From Paraphysomonas bandaiensis (taxonomy: Eukaryota; Protista; Chrysophyceae), in NCBI GenBank assembly GCA_965644295.1, contig CBFFRP010000451.1, positions 1 through 64,000 of the forward strand: a stretch of 64,000 bases of DNA, read 5' to 3'. The number at the start of each line of letters is the position of its first letter. Positions within the stretch are counted from its first letter, which is position 1. This document shows positions 62,455-64,000 of the stretch, piece by piece. The notes below the pieces were generated by a model. The model was not told the DNA's origin and made no database searches. It was given only the letters and a program-made list of their open reading frames with translations. The position numbers were made by a program, and so were the translations under genes.

Positions 62455-62880
62455 TTTTTATTGTCATTAGCATCATCATCACATATCTATATTGTATACA
62501 TCGCGCTTAACCTCTGCTAGCGCAACTGACTCGAATGCTGTGTGTATGGTATATTATGATATGACGATCGATATGATATGATGGTATATAACACGACGTG
62601 ACCCAAACTCTGACAGGACTTGGCTCCAGTGCTCCAAATAACCTTTAACATCAGATGTGGTATAAGTTTCGAAGTCCGGGCTATATATGAAGATAGATCT
62701 TCTACATCAGATGAAGGATGGAATAAAACTCGACGTGTTTAATGAGCTTTTGAAAAAGTTGAGTCATCATTGCGGTTTCTCTAAAATTGTGTAATGTTAT
62801 GAAGTCACTCTCAAATTACTGACAATATCATAATTAAATGGAATATAGTACCTGATCGAATTCCCGAATATTGAAGTTAA
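62455..62880 (-). repeat. Diverged inverted copy of repeat family A
   Basis: TTAGCATCATCATCACAT, ACATCAGATG, GGTTTCTCTA..ATTGTGTA and AATATTGAAGTT are reverse complements of family A blocks. Confidence 0.65.
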
Positions 62881-62939
62881 ACTTAGTAAGAAAACTTAGA
62901 TAAACACTCAAAGCAGAAAATTAGAAATTACTAATGACA

Positions 62940-63187
62940 TGTCATATATCATTCATTGTCATTCACCAACTCGTTTTATCTCTACTACACCAATTATTTC
63001 TAGTACGATCTTACATCATCATTATCTTGTACAGTCAATGTATCTTAGTTTCAGTAGTACAATAGCTATCATATCATTGGTTCTCATTATACGGTTAGCT
63101 ACTACTGTATACTTTGAGTAACGGTTATAATTCAAATATCGTAGAAACTACAATTTTTAATTGCTCACAAACAGCAGAACTCAACCT
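62940..63187 (+). repeat. Repeat family B copy
   Basis: Aligns with the reverse complement of 12813-13062. Confidence 0.7.
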
Positions 63188-63577
63188 AATGTGCTAATAT
63201 GAGCGTTCAGGTGAATCACGATTTGAGACAAAATGGTGATGACATATAATACAAGTATGAAGTATGATTTTGAAGCAAACGTGATATAGCACGTGCTACT
63301 TGAAGTCCGATTATTGTTGCTAGAGAATATTTAGCTGGCTAGATATTGTGCTGATGTAAGGTTTGCAGGCTTCCCTAGTAATTATATGGGTATTGTTGAA
63401 ATTGTAAACATAATTCGAAGAAGTGTTCTACTTAATTCATCACATCACATTACAACCAACACTTCGCGGAGCTACGGCAAGTTTAATACTATCATGCGGA
63501 ACATCACCAACAGCTCAACCTGATTCAAAGCAATGAAACGGCATACTAGTATATAGATCCAATTTCAAACGGTCTTC

Positions 63578-64000
63578 CTAAAGGGGATCATTGTCAGTTT
63601 CCCTACATATATATCATATTAGAATATAGAGACAACTACAGCACTACGTACAGAACGGTGTAATCCACTTTGGTTGACAGCCCTTGAGTAAGGCCTTCTT
63701 CGTCTTCGTCCTGTACAAAACATGAAGTAGTGCTCATGTAGCACGCAATGCAAGTAACCTGAATGTTATCCAGCACTTTCCCAACAAGGTATTCCTGACG
63801 CTTAAGCTATAGAACAAGTATCAACAAATGAAGCCATACATAGGAAGCAAAAACCTGGATATCAACTTCCGGAGGAACGTCGGGAACAGCAATCGCAATA
63901 AGGGCATTAATACTGCATATTTATCACTCTTTGCACAAAACAAGCTGAACATAAAAGGCACCGTGTACTTACGTGATTATCCCTCCAGCGAAGCATATGA
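63578..64000 (-). CDS. 3' exons of an anoctamin/TMEM16-like gene; the gene continues beyond the window and is missed by the ORF track
   Basis: Manual splicing of four short introns gives ICFAGGIITINALIAIAVPDVPPEVDIQLKRQEYLVGKVLDNIQDEDEE...ETDNDPL*. PDVP..V.IQ..RQEY is typical of the anoctamin C-terminus. Confidence 0.7.

Noticed and set aside
1-64000. tRNA, rRNA or snRNA genes
   Set aside because: None were recognised by eye. A tRNAscan-SE/Infernal run is needed to exclude them.

Overview
Eukaryotic nuclear DNA with short (~45-60 nt) GT-AG introns. Gene content suggests a protist, probably a stramenopile (inference). I reconstructed about 16 protein-coding genes by hand: a CDPK7-like EF-hand/PH kinase, a GT8 glycogenin-like enzyme, a piggyBac-like transposase, carnosine N-methyltransferase, a bacterial-type glycerol dehydrogenase, a K+-stimulated H+-PPase, a TPR-DUSP-MYND USP, a WW/coiled-coil protein, a Crinkler-like REase-kinase, an HSPBAP1-like JmjC protein, an otubain-RBR fusion, a DysF/TRAF-zinc-finger protein, two inverted fibrinogen-domain receptors, G-alpha, and the 3' end of an anoctamin. 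Between the genes lie a 146-bp tandem array, several dispersed hairpin-rich repeat families, a Harbinger-like relic, a Gypsy integrase remnant with an LTR palindrome, a virus-type GIY-YIG pseudogene and long (TATG)n tracts. The most interesting candidates are: (1) one polypeptide joining an otubain deubiquitinase to an RBR ubiquitin ligase with a HOIP-LDD-like tail; (2) an inverted pair of fibrinogen-domain surface receptors with clustered amino-acid changes and a variable stalk; (3) a piggyBac-type transposase with non-TTAA ends; (4) structured non-coding repeats. All exon boundaries and family calls were made by eye, without database searches.
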